From Bradymonadia bacterium (GTDB taxonomy: Bacteria > Myxococcota_A > Bradymonadia > UBA7976 > UBA1532), in the NCBI GenBank assembly GCA_046290225.1, contig JBKAGE010000037.1, positions 128,001-192,000 of the forward strand: 64,000 bases of DNA. The letters are read 5' to 3'. Positions 9,132 through 18,867 of the stretch are shown here, in pieces. Positions within the stretch are counted from its first letter, which is position 1. The number at the start of each line of letters is the position of its first letter. The position numbers and the translations under genes are program-made. The notes under the pieces are model-generated. The model had not been told where the DNA came from and did not search any database. It was given only the letters and a program-made list of their open reading frames with translations.

Positions 9132-10619
9132 ATGCGTGCTCAACCCATTGTGATCCTGATCACCACAGCCCTCCTCGGCGGCTGCCTCGAAGTGGTGCCC
9201 GACGACCGCTCAGACGCCGCTGCCACAGATGCGGCCTCTGGCCCTGACATGTCGCTCGAAGCGGGCCCTTCTGAGATGGGGCCTTCGGACATGGGCCCTG
9301 ACGCCGACATGGAGCCAGAGCTCACCCCCTCCGTGTGCCCGGAAGGCTGGGGCTGGCCACTGCCCGAGACGGCACCGCCTGCCGGCAGGCCCTCGATGAC
9401 CGATCCGATGTGGTCTCCCACGGTGATCGACCTCAACTGTGATGGCTATGACGACGTGGTGCTGCCCATCCCTACAGCAGGGGCCGTGGACATCTGGTAC
9501 GGCAGCGCCGAAGGCCTCGGCGCCCGCGGCGGTACACTCGATCTGGGCCTCGACCCCACCGAGCGCCCGTACGCCGTGCACGTGGCGGATCATGATCCCG
9601 CCACCCCGGGCTATGAGCTGCTGGTACAGGTGCTCGACGATGTCGAGACGCGGCGTTGGGCCCTGGTGGGTGCTCGGCACACCGGCGAAGGACGCCATGG
9701 GCGGGTGGGCCGCCATGATCTCGACGTGTTCGTGGACGATCTGCCCTTCCAGGATTTTCACCTGACCACAGGAGACGTGGACGGCGTGCCTCCTCTCGAC
9801 GTGGTGGTGGGCAGAGACGAGGCTGTCTTCTCCGTGGGCAACCTGGACTGGTCTGCTGGCGAAGCAGGGTTCGCCCTGGCCACACAAGCGCCTGTGCAGC
9901 TGTTCACTGATGACTCTGGCGTACGGCCGATCTTCTCTGCCTTCCTCACACCATACGCGGCCCCTGCGCTCCAGATGGTCGTCGTCAGCGACTCGACGCT
10001 CATCGAGTACCACTACAACGAGGACGAGCGCGCCCTCCTCCACAGCGGCCTCTTCGGGCTCGACAGCGAGCAGCGCACGGTGTCAACGGGCGGATTCGCC
10101 GACATCGATGGTGATGGACAGCCCGAGGTACTCTCTGTGGGCAGCCGCGCCGAAGGTGATCTTTGGATTGCACAACGCACGACGACGGAGGACCCTCCCC
10201 GAGACTGGCAGGGGTACCTGATGCCCACCCTCGATCTCGCCAACGGCTTCAACGACGGTCGCCTCGACGGCCTCACCGTGGGCAACCTGTACGGTGACGA
10301 CACCCCCGATCTCATCATCCTGGATCGACCAAGCCAGCAAGATCCTGAGCAACTCGACCCTGGCGGTACTGTGTGGCTGTACGTGGCGAGAGACCCACAG
10401 CTGGTGGCCCCTACGCTCGGGGAAGACACTGGCGTGGTGACCCCGTTGGAGACCACCCGCTACACCCTCACGGCAGACGTGCCCTTCATTTGGAGCATAC
10501 TCGGGCGGTTCGGCTCGGGGCGGCAGGTGTGGGTGATCGCACCAGACGGCAGGCGAGTGTGCTTTGCGCCCGAAGAAGGCGCCGAGCGGGGGCGCCTAGT
10601 GGCATGCGGCAGTGATTGA
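9132..10619 (+). CDS. Lipoprotein with FG-GAP/VCBS-type repeats
   Basis: Lipobox LLGG-C; Asp-Met linker; DLNCDGYDDVV, GDVDGVPPLDVV, ADIDGDGQPEVL, GNLYGDDTPDLII repeats. Confidence 0.75.
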   Translation: MRAQPIVILITTALLGGCLEVVPDDRSDAAATDAASGPDMSLEAGPSEMGPSDMGPDADMEPELTPSVCPEGWGWPLPETAPPAGRPSMTDPMWSPTVIDLNCDGYDDVVLPIPTAGAVDIWYGSAEGLGARGGTLDLGLDPTERPYAVHVADHDPATPGYELLVQVLDDVETRRWALVGARHTGEGRHGRVGRHDLDVFVDDLPFQDFHLTTGDVDGVPPLDVVVGRDEAVFSVGNLDWSAGEAGFALATQAPVQLFTDDSGVRPIFSAFLTPYAAPALQMVVVSDSTLIEYHYNEDERALLHSGLFGLDSEQRTVSTGGFADIDGDGQPEVLSVGSRAEGDLWIAQRTTTEDPPRDWQGYLMPTLDLANGFNDGRLDGLTVGNLYGDDTPDLIILDRPSQQDPEQLDPGGTVWLYVARDPQLVAPTLGEDTGVVTPLETTRYTLTADVPFIWSILGRFGSGRQVWVIAPDGRRVCFAPEEGAERGRLVACGSD

Positions 10620-10642
10620 GACAGGACGATTGAGCTTGGAGC

Positions 10643-13288
10643 TCAACCCCGGCTCGGGCCCGCCTTGCGCAGGGCCTCGACGAGCATGTCGTGGGTCAGG
10701 ATCTCGGGCAACACGATGGTGTCGTCGGGCTTGGCCCCGGGGATGACCACGTACAGGGGCACGCCGACACGGTTGAAGCGCCGCAGCCACTCCGCGATGA
10801 CCGGATCTTCGTTGGTGTAGTCGGCCTTCATGGTGACCACGTCGAGCTCGCCGAGCAGTGCCTTGATCTCGTCGGTCTCGATGACCGTGTTCTCGTTCAC
10901 CTTGCAGGTGACGCACCACGCCGCGGTGAAGTCGATGAAGACGGTCTTGCCCGCCTTCTGATGGGCGGCCACAGCGTCAGGGCTGAAGGCCTGCCAGGCG
11001 ATGCTGCCTTCTTCTGCAGGGGCCAGCTGCGCTGACGCGGGGTTCAGCACCAGAGCCACCTTGCCACCGCCCACGATCATGAACAGGGCCGCGAGGGTTG
11101 CGATCCAGCGACGCCGCGCCGATGAGGCGAAGTTGCCGAACCGGCCATAGACCCAGCTGGCCACGGCGACGATGCCCAGGAACACCAGCACCCGGATCAA
11201 CGAGGCCCGGGTGAGCTGCTGCGACATGACGTCGACGAGCCAGATGACCGTACCCATGAGCAAGAAGCCCATGACCTGCTTGAAGGTCTCCATCCAGGGG
11301 CCCGGCTTGGGGATCTTGCGGGTCCAGGCGGGGAACCGGGCGAGCACCACGAAGGGGAAGGCGAGGCCGAGGCCCACAGTGGTGAAGAACAGCACGATGA
11401 TGCCCGAAGGCTGGGTGAAGGCGTAGCCCAGGGCGGGGCCGAGGAAGGGTGCCGTGCACGGCGTGGCGAGCAGCGTGGCGAAGGCGCCGTTGGAGAACGA
11501 GCCCGAGAGCCCGCTCTTCCCACTGGCGCCGGCGGCCACCTGCATGCCGGGCAGGCTCACTTCGAAGACCCCGAACATGCTCAGGCCAAAGCCGAAGACC
11601 AGGGCGGTGAGGGAGACCACGAACCACGGGTTCTGGAACTGGAAGCCCCACCCCACGAGCTCACCCGACGTCTTCAAGCCGATGACCACCCCGGCGAGCA
11701 CCCAGAACGAGACGAGCACCCCGAGGGCGTAAACCAGACCGTGCTGCAGCACCCGGGTCTTCGACTCCCCAGCCTGATGTACGAGGCCCAGAACCTTGAT
11801 CGACAACACAGGCAGCACGCAGGGCATGATGTTGAGCAGCATGCCGCCGATGAAGGCGTAGAGCAGCATCTCCCAGAGAGGGGTGCCCGCAGGCGCCGAG
11901 TTCTCGGCCTTGGGCAAATCGGCTGCCGGGATCGGCGCCGGGCCGGGGCCCGTGTTCGCTGCGATCTCGGCGTCGTGGGAGACGGGGGCAGCCACCCGCA
12001 GGGCCACCTCGTCGTCGCCGGCCTTCACGCGGATGACGCCGCCGATGTCCGTGGCCCCAGAGTCAGGAGCCAGCTCGCCGGCCTGCACGGTGAAGTCCAC
12101 GCGGATTTTCTTGCCCTGCACATCCCAGGCGACGTCGCTGAAAGTGAAGTGCTTGCCGCTGTCGGGTACGAAGGGCACCACATGATCGCCGCTGGCGAGC
12201 GACAGAGGCGCGTCGGGCCCGCTGTAAGTGAGGGTGATGTGTCCCCGGGCGATCTTCTCGGGCTTGAGGGGGGTGCCCTCATAGGTGATCTCCGCCGCCC
12301 AGTGAGGGTGCTCGGTGACCACCTGCAGCGCCTTGGGGCTGGCGAGGGTTGCCGCGGCCTTCGAAGGCGCTGCTGCGGCAGCGATGTTGAGGGTGCGACT
12401 CAGCGTGGCGCGGCCGGGGATGCACTTCTCGCGGCAAACCAGCCACTCAACCTTGGCTTCTACGGGCACAGTGCTGCCCACCTTCACGGCCTCGGGCAGG
12501 TTGATGGTGCTGGTGAGCAGCTGCTCTTCGGCATAGCCGTAGGTGGTGAGAGCGCCATCCTGCTCGCTGAACTTCAACGGCGCAGGCCACTGCAGAGCCC
12601 CCGAAGTGGCGCCCTCGGGCAGCACCCAGTTCACCTGGGTCGCGCGGCCAGCGTCACCGGGGTACCGCCAGTACACATGCCAGCCATCTTCCACCTGCAA
12701 GTGCACACCGGCCTTGATCGTCTGCCCTGGCGTCGCGGCATCGACGTCGGTGATCAGCCGCGCCACCACAGCTGGCTTCTCTTCAACTGCGGTCTCGGGC
12801 ACGTCGTCAAAGGCAGCGCCGGCCCCCTCGCCTGCCTCATGGCCCGCCACAGCCCCCTCGACGGCAGGCAGTTCGAAATGCGCCCGGGCCTTGTCGAGTC
12901 GAGCGGAGAATGCTGCAGCGTCTTCGAAAGCCTTCAAGGTGAGGGCAGTGACTGCTTCACCTTTGGTGTCGAGGAACAGCACCCGGGGCAGGTTGTCGAC
13001 GTTGTAGCGCTTCCACAGATCCGCGTTCGCCGGGGCATCCATGTCGAGCTTCACGGTGACGAAGCCCTTCAGCCGAGCCTTGACGCCGTCATCGACGAGG
13101 GTGGTCTTGGCGAACTTGAGGCAGGGGCCACACCAGCTGGCCCACATGTCCACCACCATGGGCTGCTGGCTTTGCTGGGCTTTCTCGAGGGCAGGCGCGA
13201 ACTCGGTCTGCCATCCGTCATCGGCGAGAGCCGTTGCGGGCAGGCAGGTGGCGAGCAACAAAAGGGTGAGCAAGCGTCTCAGGGGCAT
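10643..13288 (-). CDS. dsbD: DsbD-family thiol:disulfide interchange protein with an extra N-terminal thioredoxin domain
   Basis: Signal peptide; Trx WASWCGPC; DsbD N-domain (GWHVYWRYPGDAG, WLVCREKCIPG); TM domain LNIMPCVLPVLSIK / ATPCTAPFLG / PKPGPWM; C-terminal Trx FTAAWCVTC. Start uncertain (13288-13306). Confidence 0.88.
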   Translation of the reverse strand: MPLRRLLTLLLLATCLPATALADDGWQTEFAPALEKAQQSQQPMVVDMWASWCGPCLKFAKTTLVDDGVKARLKGFVTVKLDMDAPANADLWKRYNVDNLPRVLFLDTKGEAVTALTLKAFEDAAAFSARLDKARAHFELPAVEGAVAGHEAGEGAGAAFDDVPETAVEEKPAVVARLITDVDAATPGQTIKAGVHLQVEDGWHVYWRYPGDAGRATQVNWVLPEGATSGALQWPAPLKFSEQDGALTTYGYAEEQLLTSTINLPEAVKVGSTVPVEAKVEWLVCREKCIPGRATLSRTLNIAAAAAPSKAAATLASPKALQVVTEHPHWAAEITYEGTPLKPEKIARGHITLTYSGPDAPLSLASGDHVVPFVPDSGKHFTFSDVAWDVQGKKIRVDFTVQAGELAPDSGATDIGGVIRVKAGDDEVALRVAAPVSHDAEIAANTGPGPAPIPAADLPKAENSAPAGTPLWEMLLYAFIGGMLLNIMPCVLPVLSIKVLGLVHQAGESKTRVLQHGLVYALGVLVSFWVLAGVVIGLKTSGELVGWGFQFQNPWFVVSLTALVFGFGLSMFGVFEVSLPGMQVAAGASGKSGLSGSFSNGAFATLLATPCTAPFLGPALGYAFTQPSGIIVLFFTTVGLGLAFPFVVLARFPAWTRKIPKPGPWMETFKQVMGFLLMGTVIWLVDVMSQQLTRASLIRVLVFLGIVAVASWVYGRFGNFASSARRRWIATLAALFMIVGGGKVALVLNPASAQLAPAEEGSIAWQAFSPDAVAAHQKAGKTVFIDFTAAWCVTCKVNENTVIETDEIKALLGELDVVTMKADYTNEDPVIAEWLRRFNRVGVPLYVVIPGAKPDDTIVLPEILTHDMLVEALRKAGPSRG

Positions 13289-13408
13289 CGGGTGCTCCAA
13301 CATCACGACAACACCAGCATAGAACGGAGATGATCGCTGATTGCTACCGTAGATGTCGAGACGATGTTGCGAGATGCAGGGGGGATTTATCTGTGGAGGG
13401 GCCTCTGC

Positions 13409-13969
13409 TCAGTCGTAGTCGCGCTTGAGATGCTGGCCCTTGAAGGGGCCGCCCTCAGGATCGAACTCGAAGGTGGGCAGGCCGTAGAAAGTCCACATGC
13501 GCTCGCCTTCCTCCACGGAGAAATCCACCGTGGGGCGGCCACGCTCGGCCTCGACAGGCAGGCCTTCCATGACGACCTCGTCGTCTTCGAGCACCAGCAG
13601 GCGGCGCTGCTCTCCCTCGAGGTAGGCAGAGAAGTGCGCAAACTCGAAATCTGCGTCGATGGCGCAGCAGTACACCCCGGTGCCGAGGATCTCGCTCATC
13701 TTCGCGATGGCATCGGTGTTCTGGTGAAGGAGCAATCCCAGATCGCCCATGACCGTGAACTCACCGACCGTCCAGAAGTACCAGGCATCTGAGCCTTCTT
13801 CACCGCCGATCTCCTCTGTGAGGGGGCGGCAGTAATCCAGGACGGCGTCGAAGTCAGCACAGTCGTGCATCTTGTCCTCGGCGGCCTCCACGGCGTCGAT
13901 GGCCTTCAAAGCAGCATCGCGCAGGGCTTCGATGGTGGCCTTCGCCGCGATGCAGCAGCGAGCTTTCAT
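13409..13969 (-). CDS. Hypothetical acidic protein
   Basis: Open frame with host-like codon usage; AAGGAG SD before ATG 13969; no recognised motif. Confidence 0.6.
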   Translation of the reverse strand: MKARCCIAAKATIEALRDAALKAIDAVEAAEDKMHDCADFDAVLDYCRPLTEEIGGEEGSDAWYFWTVGEFTVMGDLGLLLHQNTDAIAKMSEILGTGVYCCAIDADFEFAHFSAYLEGEQRRLLVLEDDEVVMEGLPVEAERGRPTVDFSVEEGERMWTFYGLPTFEFDPEGGPFKGQHLKRDYD

Positions 13970-14003
13970 GGGATCTCTCTCCTTCGTGATGGGTACAGGT
14001 TGC

Positions 14004-15560
14004 TCACCTATTGTCGGCAGTTCTGCCCTTGGCCGCAAGGCGTGTTGCCGCGCGGTGGACAAGACCATAGATGGTCAGCTGCGGATCCACCCCCACAGCG
14101 GTGGGGCAAACAGAGCCATCCATGACATAGAGGTTCTTCATGTGATGGTGCCTGAGATCGGCGTTCACCACGCTCGCGCCGGGGTTTCGACCCATGGCGC
14201 ACCCGCCCACCTGAGCGGTGGAGAACAGGCGCAGCCGGTTGGGTCCGTAGTCGGCAGCTTCCAGTGTGGGAATCGCCGCCTCACCGGTGAGTCGCACCGG
14301 CTCTTCGTGGCTGCTGTAGACCGTGTGGGCCCCTGAAGCGAGGGCGATGCGGGCGATGGTGCTCACCGCCCGGCGCACGGAATCCCACAAGAGCGAGGTG
14401 TAGTCGTACGACAGGCTCGGGCTGCCGTCGGGCCTCAAGCTCACCGTGCCCCCGTCCTCGTCCTCATGCAGCCCGTCGATGAGGGTGGCCACCACGGTGC
14501 TGGTGTGCTTGATGCGCTGCATGGCTTCACGATGAAATGTGCCCATGCTCGGCAGCAGGGTGGCGTAGAGGGTCGGGTGCAGCGGCGCCGCCTGGATGTA
14601 GTAGTTCAAGCGGTCGATGTTCTCGTCGAAGAACTGCAGGCAGTCCACCGACTGGGGCACCCCGAAATACGGCTCGATGGGCGCGTCATGCCACCCCGTC
14701 ACCATCACCTTGGGCTGCACGAAGGTGCGCTTGCCCACCATGCCGCTCTGGTTTCCGATCTCGCTCCTGAGCAACAGGGCCGGCGTGTTCAGGGCACCGC
14801 CAGAGAGGATGCAAATCTCGGCATCTACGGAGATGCGCCCCCCGGTGGGCCCATCGCCCTGCTCGGGATGATGGAAGTACCCCTCGACGCGCTTCACCTG
14901 ATTGCCATTGGCCACCAGCCGCCACACTCGACAGTCAGTGAAGACACTGGCCCCAGCGCCGATGGCGTCGGGGAGGCCGGTGATGGCCATGGACTGCTTG
15001 GCGTCGATGGGGCAGCCCATACCGCAATAGCCCGTGTTCTTGCACCCGCGCACCGCCCGCCTCACCAGCTTCCAGCTGAACCCCAGCTGCTCACAGCCAT
15101 TGGCCAGCATCTGGTTGTTGGGGTTGATCTCGTCGAGGGTGGACTCCCGCACCGCGAGGCGGGCCTCCATGGCGTCCCAGTGCGGGTTCAGGGCCTTACC
15201 GGCGAAGTCGATGAGGCCGTGAAACTCTTTCCAGTACTCCCGGATGTGGTGGGGGGTTCGATACGCGGTGGTCCAGTTGGACACGGTGCCCCCGCCGAAG
15301 GCCCGCCCCTGCATCAACAGGATGGCCTGGTCGTCCGTGGTCCGGCGCATGCCCTCCTGGTAGAGGAGCGGATAGACCTCGCCCTCTTCCATGGTGAAGC
15401 GCTTGCGGGTGACGTGGCCCCCAGCCTCGAGCACGATGACCGAATACCCCGCCTGGGCGAGGATCATGGCGGCGGTCCCGCCCCCTGCCCCAGATCCCAC
15501 GATGCACACGTCGCACTGGAGCTGGAGGTGCTCGGTGATGTTTCGACCCTGCTGAATCAT
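14004..15560 (-). CDS. GMC-family oxidoreductase (long-chain alcohol oxidase-like), catalytic residues substituted
   Basis: FAD motif IVGSGAGGG, GRAFGGGTVSN, CKNTGYCGMGCP, GGALNTPALLLRS, NLYVMDGSVCPT. Confidence 0.88.
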   Translation of the reverse strand: MIQQGRNITEHLQLQCDVCIVGSGAGGGTAAMILAQAGYSVIVLEAGGHVTRKRFTMEEGEVYPLLYQEGMRRTTDDQAILLMQGRAFGGGTVSNWTTAYRTPHHIREYWKEFHGLIDFAGKALNPHWDAMEARLAVRESTLDEINPNNQMLANGCEQLGFSWKLVRRAVRGCKNTGYCGMGCPIDAKQSMAITGLPDAIGAGASVFTDCRVWRLVANGNQVKRVEGYFHHPEQGDGPTGGRISVDAEICILSGGALNTPALLLRSEIGNQSGMVGKRTFVQPKVMVTGWHDAPIEPYFGVPQSVDCLQFFDENIDRLNYYIQAAPLHPTLYATLLPSMGTFHREAMQRIKHTSTVVATLIDGLHEDEDGGTVSLRPDGSPSLSYDYTSLLWDSVRRAVSTIARIALASGAHTVYSSHEEPVRLTGEAAIPTLEAADYGPNRLRLFSTAQVGGCAMGRNPGASVVNADLRHHHMKNLYVMDGSVCPTAVGVDPQLTIYGLVHRAATRLAAKGRTADNR

Positions 15561-15584
15561 GTCTCTATCGTCATGGCGCGGTGA

Positions 15585-16112
15585 TCATGGCAGCAAATGC
15601 CTCGGCGGCCCCGGATAGTCGATGGCGCCATAAGTGAGCGGGTTGGCATAGTAGGTCCGCGTGATCATCTGCTTGATGACCTGATAGCCCGAGCGACGCA
15701 CCGTCCAGAGGCTGGTGCGCCACGCATCGAGCACGTCGTCCTGATCTTCGGTGTCGAGCTGGGTGAAAGGGGTCCACCGAAAGTCGAGCACAAAGCCGAG
15801 CAGGGCGCTCTCGAGCAGCTTGAGGGTCTTCACGAAGTCTTCGCGGCTCTGAGCATCCATGGCGGCGAGGGTGCGATCGATCTGCAACGGCACCTGGGCG
15901 CGGGCCACGGGGCTCGGCGTGGGATCGGTGAGCACCCGCCCGGTGAAGGCGTGCAAGATGCTGTAGGTCTCTTGATCGAGGACGATCAGGCCCTCGGCAG
16001 GCAACGGCACGGTCCGCGTGGGTTTATAGGCCAGCCAGCCGGCCCCCGTGGCGGTGAGAAGCGCGCCCCCGAAGAGGCCCTTCTTGATGAAACTGCGGCG
16101 GGTATCGCTCAT
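15585..16112 (-). CDS. Tat-signal small subunit (gluconate 2-dehydrogenase subunit 3-like) partner of the GMC enzyme
   Basis: MSDTRRSFIK twin-arginine signal; FTQLDTEDQDDVL..W, RRSGYQVIK, YYANPLTYGAIDYPGP; directly upstream of the GMC gene. Confidence 0.8.
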   Translation of the reverse strand: MSDTRRSFIKKGLFGGALLTATGAGWLAYKPTRTVPLPAEGLIVLDQETYSILHAFTGRVLTDPTPSPVARAQVPLQIDRTLAAMDAQSREDFVKTLKLLESALLGFVLDFRWTPFTQLDTEDQDDVLDAWRTSLWTVRRSGYQVIKQMITRTYYANPLTYGAIDYPGPPRHLLP

Positions 16113-16278
16113 GTCGAGGCCTAGTTGACGCCGAGGGACCGCTGGTTGCAAGGACTTGATCGCCCCATGGCGATCAGCGATGAGCATGCAACGGGCTCCA
16201 CACGTGATCTGAGGAGAGAGCATCGACATGGGACTGAGCACACCGAGGTCATCGGCCCGAGGCGCCCCGGGCTATACC

Positions 16279-17565
16279 ATGTCCCGCCTTTTTGCGGCGC
16301 TCACGGGGCTGATGCTCGTGACCCGAGGCCTGCTGCACCACTACCAATTGCAGCTGTTCGGCCCCAGAGGCAGCCTCGAAAACGCCGATGTGGTCCTCGA
16401 GCGCATGATGCTCGTCGGGCGCATCGACACGCCGATCTCCACAGTGCTGTGGTCCATGGTGCTCTACGTGGGCTGGCGCACGACGCACCGCAACCGCAAC
16501 AACACGGCTTTCACGGCGCTCACAGCGCTGGTGGCGGTGTTGCACTGGCTCGACATCGTCCGACTCTGGATCCCCACGCTGAAATCCGGCGTCGATCGCA
16601 TCTGGCTCTATCTCACCCTCATCACAGTGTTGTGCACTCAAGCCTGGCTGGTGGCGTGCCTGCGTCGCGGTCGCGGGGCAGGCGGCCTGACCTCGGGCCG
16701 CTACACCCTGGGCATCGGGGCGGCCCTGATGATGAGCGTGGGCTGGCTGCCCTTCCTGCTCCGGCCATGGCTGACCTCTCTACCCTTCGAGGTGACCTCG
16801 CTGATGTCCTGGGTGCCCAGCGTGCTGGCCCTGGCGCTGCTGGCGTGGGTGTTCAGTCAGTGGTCCGCTGACCCCAGCCCCTCTGCGTACACCCCCGAAG
16901 CAGAGGGCCTCGGCTTCTACCTCAAAATGTTCTGGCTACGGTTCATCGCCCTGGCGCTGGTGACCGCCTTTCTGGCGGTCGCTGGGGTGAAGGCCGATCT
17001 CGAGCAGATGAAGCTGCTGCTCTGGGTGCGCCCCCTGCTGTCGAGCCTGTGTACGATCTTGATGATCGTCGGTCTGCTCGGCCTCGCTCGGCGCTCTGAG
17101 ACCGCAGGCCTGCGGCTCAGCGTGATGGCCCTCGCGCTGGCCTGTGTCGGCGAGGTGGCCCTGCTCATGATGGGCCACGGGCTCTTCGACGCTACCCCGA
17201 TGGAGATGTACGACGCTCTGAAGTTCATGCCCTATGTGGAGGGCGTCGTGTCGCTGATGAACCTCGTCAGCATTCTGGCACTGTGCAGCGGGCTGCTGCA
17301 GATGGCCCTGCTCAACGACCGGCGCATGCTGAGCATGCACCTGATCAGCGCCCGACGCTGGATGGTCGCGGCGGTCTGCTCGGGCCAGCTCGCGCAGTGG
17401 CTCTTGCAGGTGGGGATCATCGATCTGCACCTGATCGTCGTCATCGGGATGCTGGTGCTCTTCGCTGCGGTGATGGCTCTGGTGACCCTGACTCGTGCTT
17501 TGAACGCGGCGGTGCGGATGCTGCGTGGTCGTGTTGAGTCGAGTCATGCTGCGGTCTTCGATTAG
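16279..17565 (+). CDS. Polytopic membrane protein, unknown function
   Basis: About 12 hydrophobic segments; no family recognised; start 16279 or 16228. Confidence 0.65.
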   Translation: MSRLFAALTGLMLVTRGLLHHYQLQLFGPRGSLENADVVLERMMLVGRIDTPISTVLWSMVLYVGWRTTHRNRNNTAFTALTALVAVLHWLDIVRLWIPTLKSGVDRIWLYLTLITVLCTQAWLVACLRRGRGAGGLTSGRYTLGIGAALMMSVGWLPFLLRPWLTSLPFEVTSLMSWVPSVLALALLAWVFSQWSADPSPSAYTPEAEGLGFYLKMFWLRFIALALVTAFLAVAGVKADLEQMKLLLWVRPLLSSLCTILMIVGLLGLARRSETAGLRLSVMALALACVGEVALLMMGHGLFDATPMEMYDALKFMPYVEGVVSLMNLVSILALCSGLLQMALLNDRRMLSMHLISARRWMVAAVCSGQLAQWLLQVGIIDLHLIVVIGMLVLFAAVMALVTLTRALNAAVRMLRGRVESSHAAVFD

Positions 17566-17849
17566 AGAGTTTCGGGCACGGGCACGGGCACGGGCACGGG
17601 CACGAGTTGATTCGGTCCTGGACCTGTGGCCCTGCATGACTCAGGACGAAGGCTGTCATTGAGCTGAGATGATGTGTGTCTGAACGACCTGAGAATTCAG
17701 TTCTTGGGGTGTATGGAGGCCAAGACCTCCAATGAGAGACACATGGGGCCGAGTAGAGCCTCCACCATCACACACCCACGAGCGGAGTCATGCAGGGCCA
17801 CAGGTCAGAGCATGTATCAACTCGTGCCCGTGCCCGCGCCCGAAACTCT
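17566..17849. mobile_element. MITE-like palindrome-bounded element, copy 1 ((GGGCAC)5 ... (GTGCCC)3 termini)
   Basis: Left end AGAGTTTC(GGGCAC)5GAGTTGAT..GACCTGTGGCCCTGCATGACTC; right end GAGTCATGCAGGGCCACAGGTC..ATCAACTC GTGCCC GTGCCC GCGCCC GAAACTCT. It fills the gap between two convergent stop codons; an inverted homologue lies at 44604-45008. Confidence 0.75.
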
Positions 17850-18866
17850 TCAGTAGCTCTCACTCCCCAGCTTCACCTTCCCTCGAAACACCCAATAAAC
17901 AATGCCCGTATAAGTCAGCACGAAGGGCATGCCCAGGAGCGCAATCCATCGCATGAGCGAGAGTGTCTCTTCGGAGCTCGCGGCGTTGTAAATTGTCAGA
18001 CTCCACTCAGGGTTCAGCGTCGACACCAGCAGGTTGGGAAACAACGCCGCCCCAAAGAGCACAACCAGCGCGGCGATGGTGCACGACGACGACACGAAGG
18101 CATAGAGCGGACGGTCTTGATGAATCGCCCGGGGGATGTTGGCGATGGCGAGCACGTTGAGCACCACCAGCGCCCAGAGCCAGGGGGCCGACTCGAAGTG
18201 CTGCACCGCGTGGGGCACCTTCACCAGGGTGAAGATGGTGGCCAGCACGTAGAGCACCAGGAACCCGCCGAAGGTGCGCCACAGCCACGGCTTGAGCCGG
18301 GCCTGTAGATCCCCCTCGGTCTTGAGGTTCAGGTAGAGCGCGCCGTGCATGGCGAACAACGCCACGGTGAGGGCCCCCACGAGCAGCGGATACACCCCGA
18401 GGAGATCCATGGTGGTCCCTGCATAGCGGCCGTACTCGTCGATGGGCATGCCCACCATGGCGTTCCCGATGGCCACCCCGAACAAGAGCGAGGCGGTGAA
18501 GCTGGCGCCGAAGAAGGCCCAGTCCCACGTGGCCCGCCACCGGGTGGACTTCACCTTGCTGCGAAACTCGAGAGAGACCGCCCGGAAGATGATAGCGAAA
18601 AGCAACAACATGAAGGGCAGGTAGAACCCCGAGAACGCTGTGGCGTATGCCCTGGGAAACGCTGCGAAGAGCGCCCCTCCGAAGGTCACCAGCCACACCT
18701 CGTTGCCATCCCACAGGGGGCCGATGGAGTTCATGACCAAGCGACGTTCCGTGTCGCCCTTGGCGATGGGGTGGAGCATGCCGACCCCAAGATCGAAGCC
18801 GTCGAGCACAGCGTACCCCGTGAGCAACACGCCGAGGGTGAAGAACCAGAACAGGTGCAGATCCAT
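17850..18866 (-). CDS. cydB: Cytochrome bd ubiquinol oxidase subunit II
   Basis: [74 protein letters not shown] before ATG 18866. Confidence 0.95.
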   Translation of the reverse strand: MDLHLFWFFTLGVLLTGYAVLDGFDLGVGMLHPIAKGDTERRLVMNSIGPLWDGNEVWLVTFGGALFAAFPRAYATAFSGFYLPFMLLLFAIIFRAVSLEFRSKVKSTRWRATWDWAFFGASFTASLLFGVAIGNAMVGMPIDEYGRYAGTTMDLLGVYPLLVGALTVALFAMHGALYLNLKTEGDLQARLKPWLWRTFGGFLVLYVLATIFTLVKVPHAVQHFESAPWLWALVVLNVLAIANIPRAIHQDRPLYAFVSSSCTIAALVVLFGAALFPNLLVSTLNPEWSLTIYNAASSEETLSLMRWIALLGMPFVLTYTGIVYWVFRGKVKLGSESY

Positions 18867-18867
18867 C

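Noticed and set aside
17441..17956. Short ORFs with CPCPCP / VPVPVP / GHGHGH / ARARAR tracts (also 44405-45252)
   Set aside because: Translations of the (GGGCAC)n repeats of the non-coding element; the frames are not preserved between copies.
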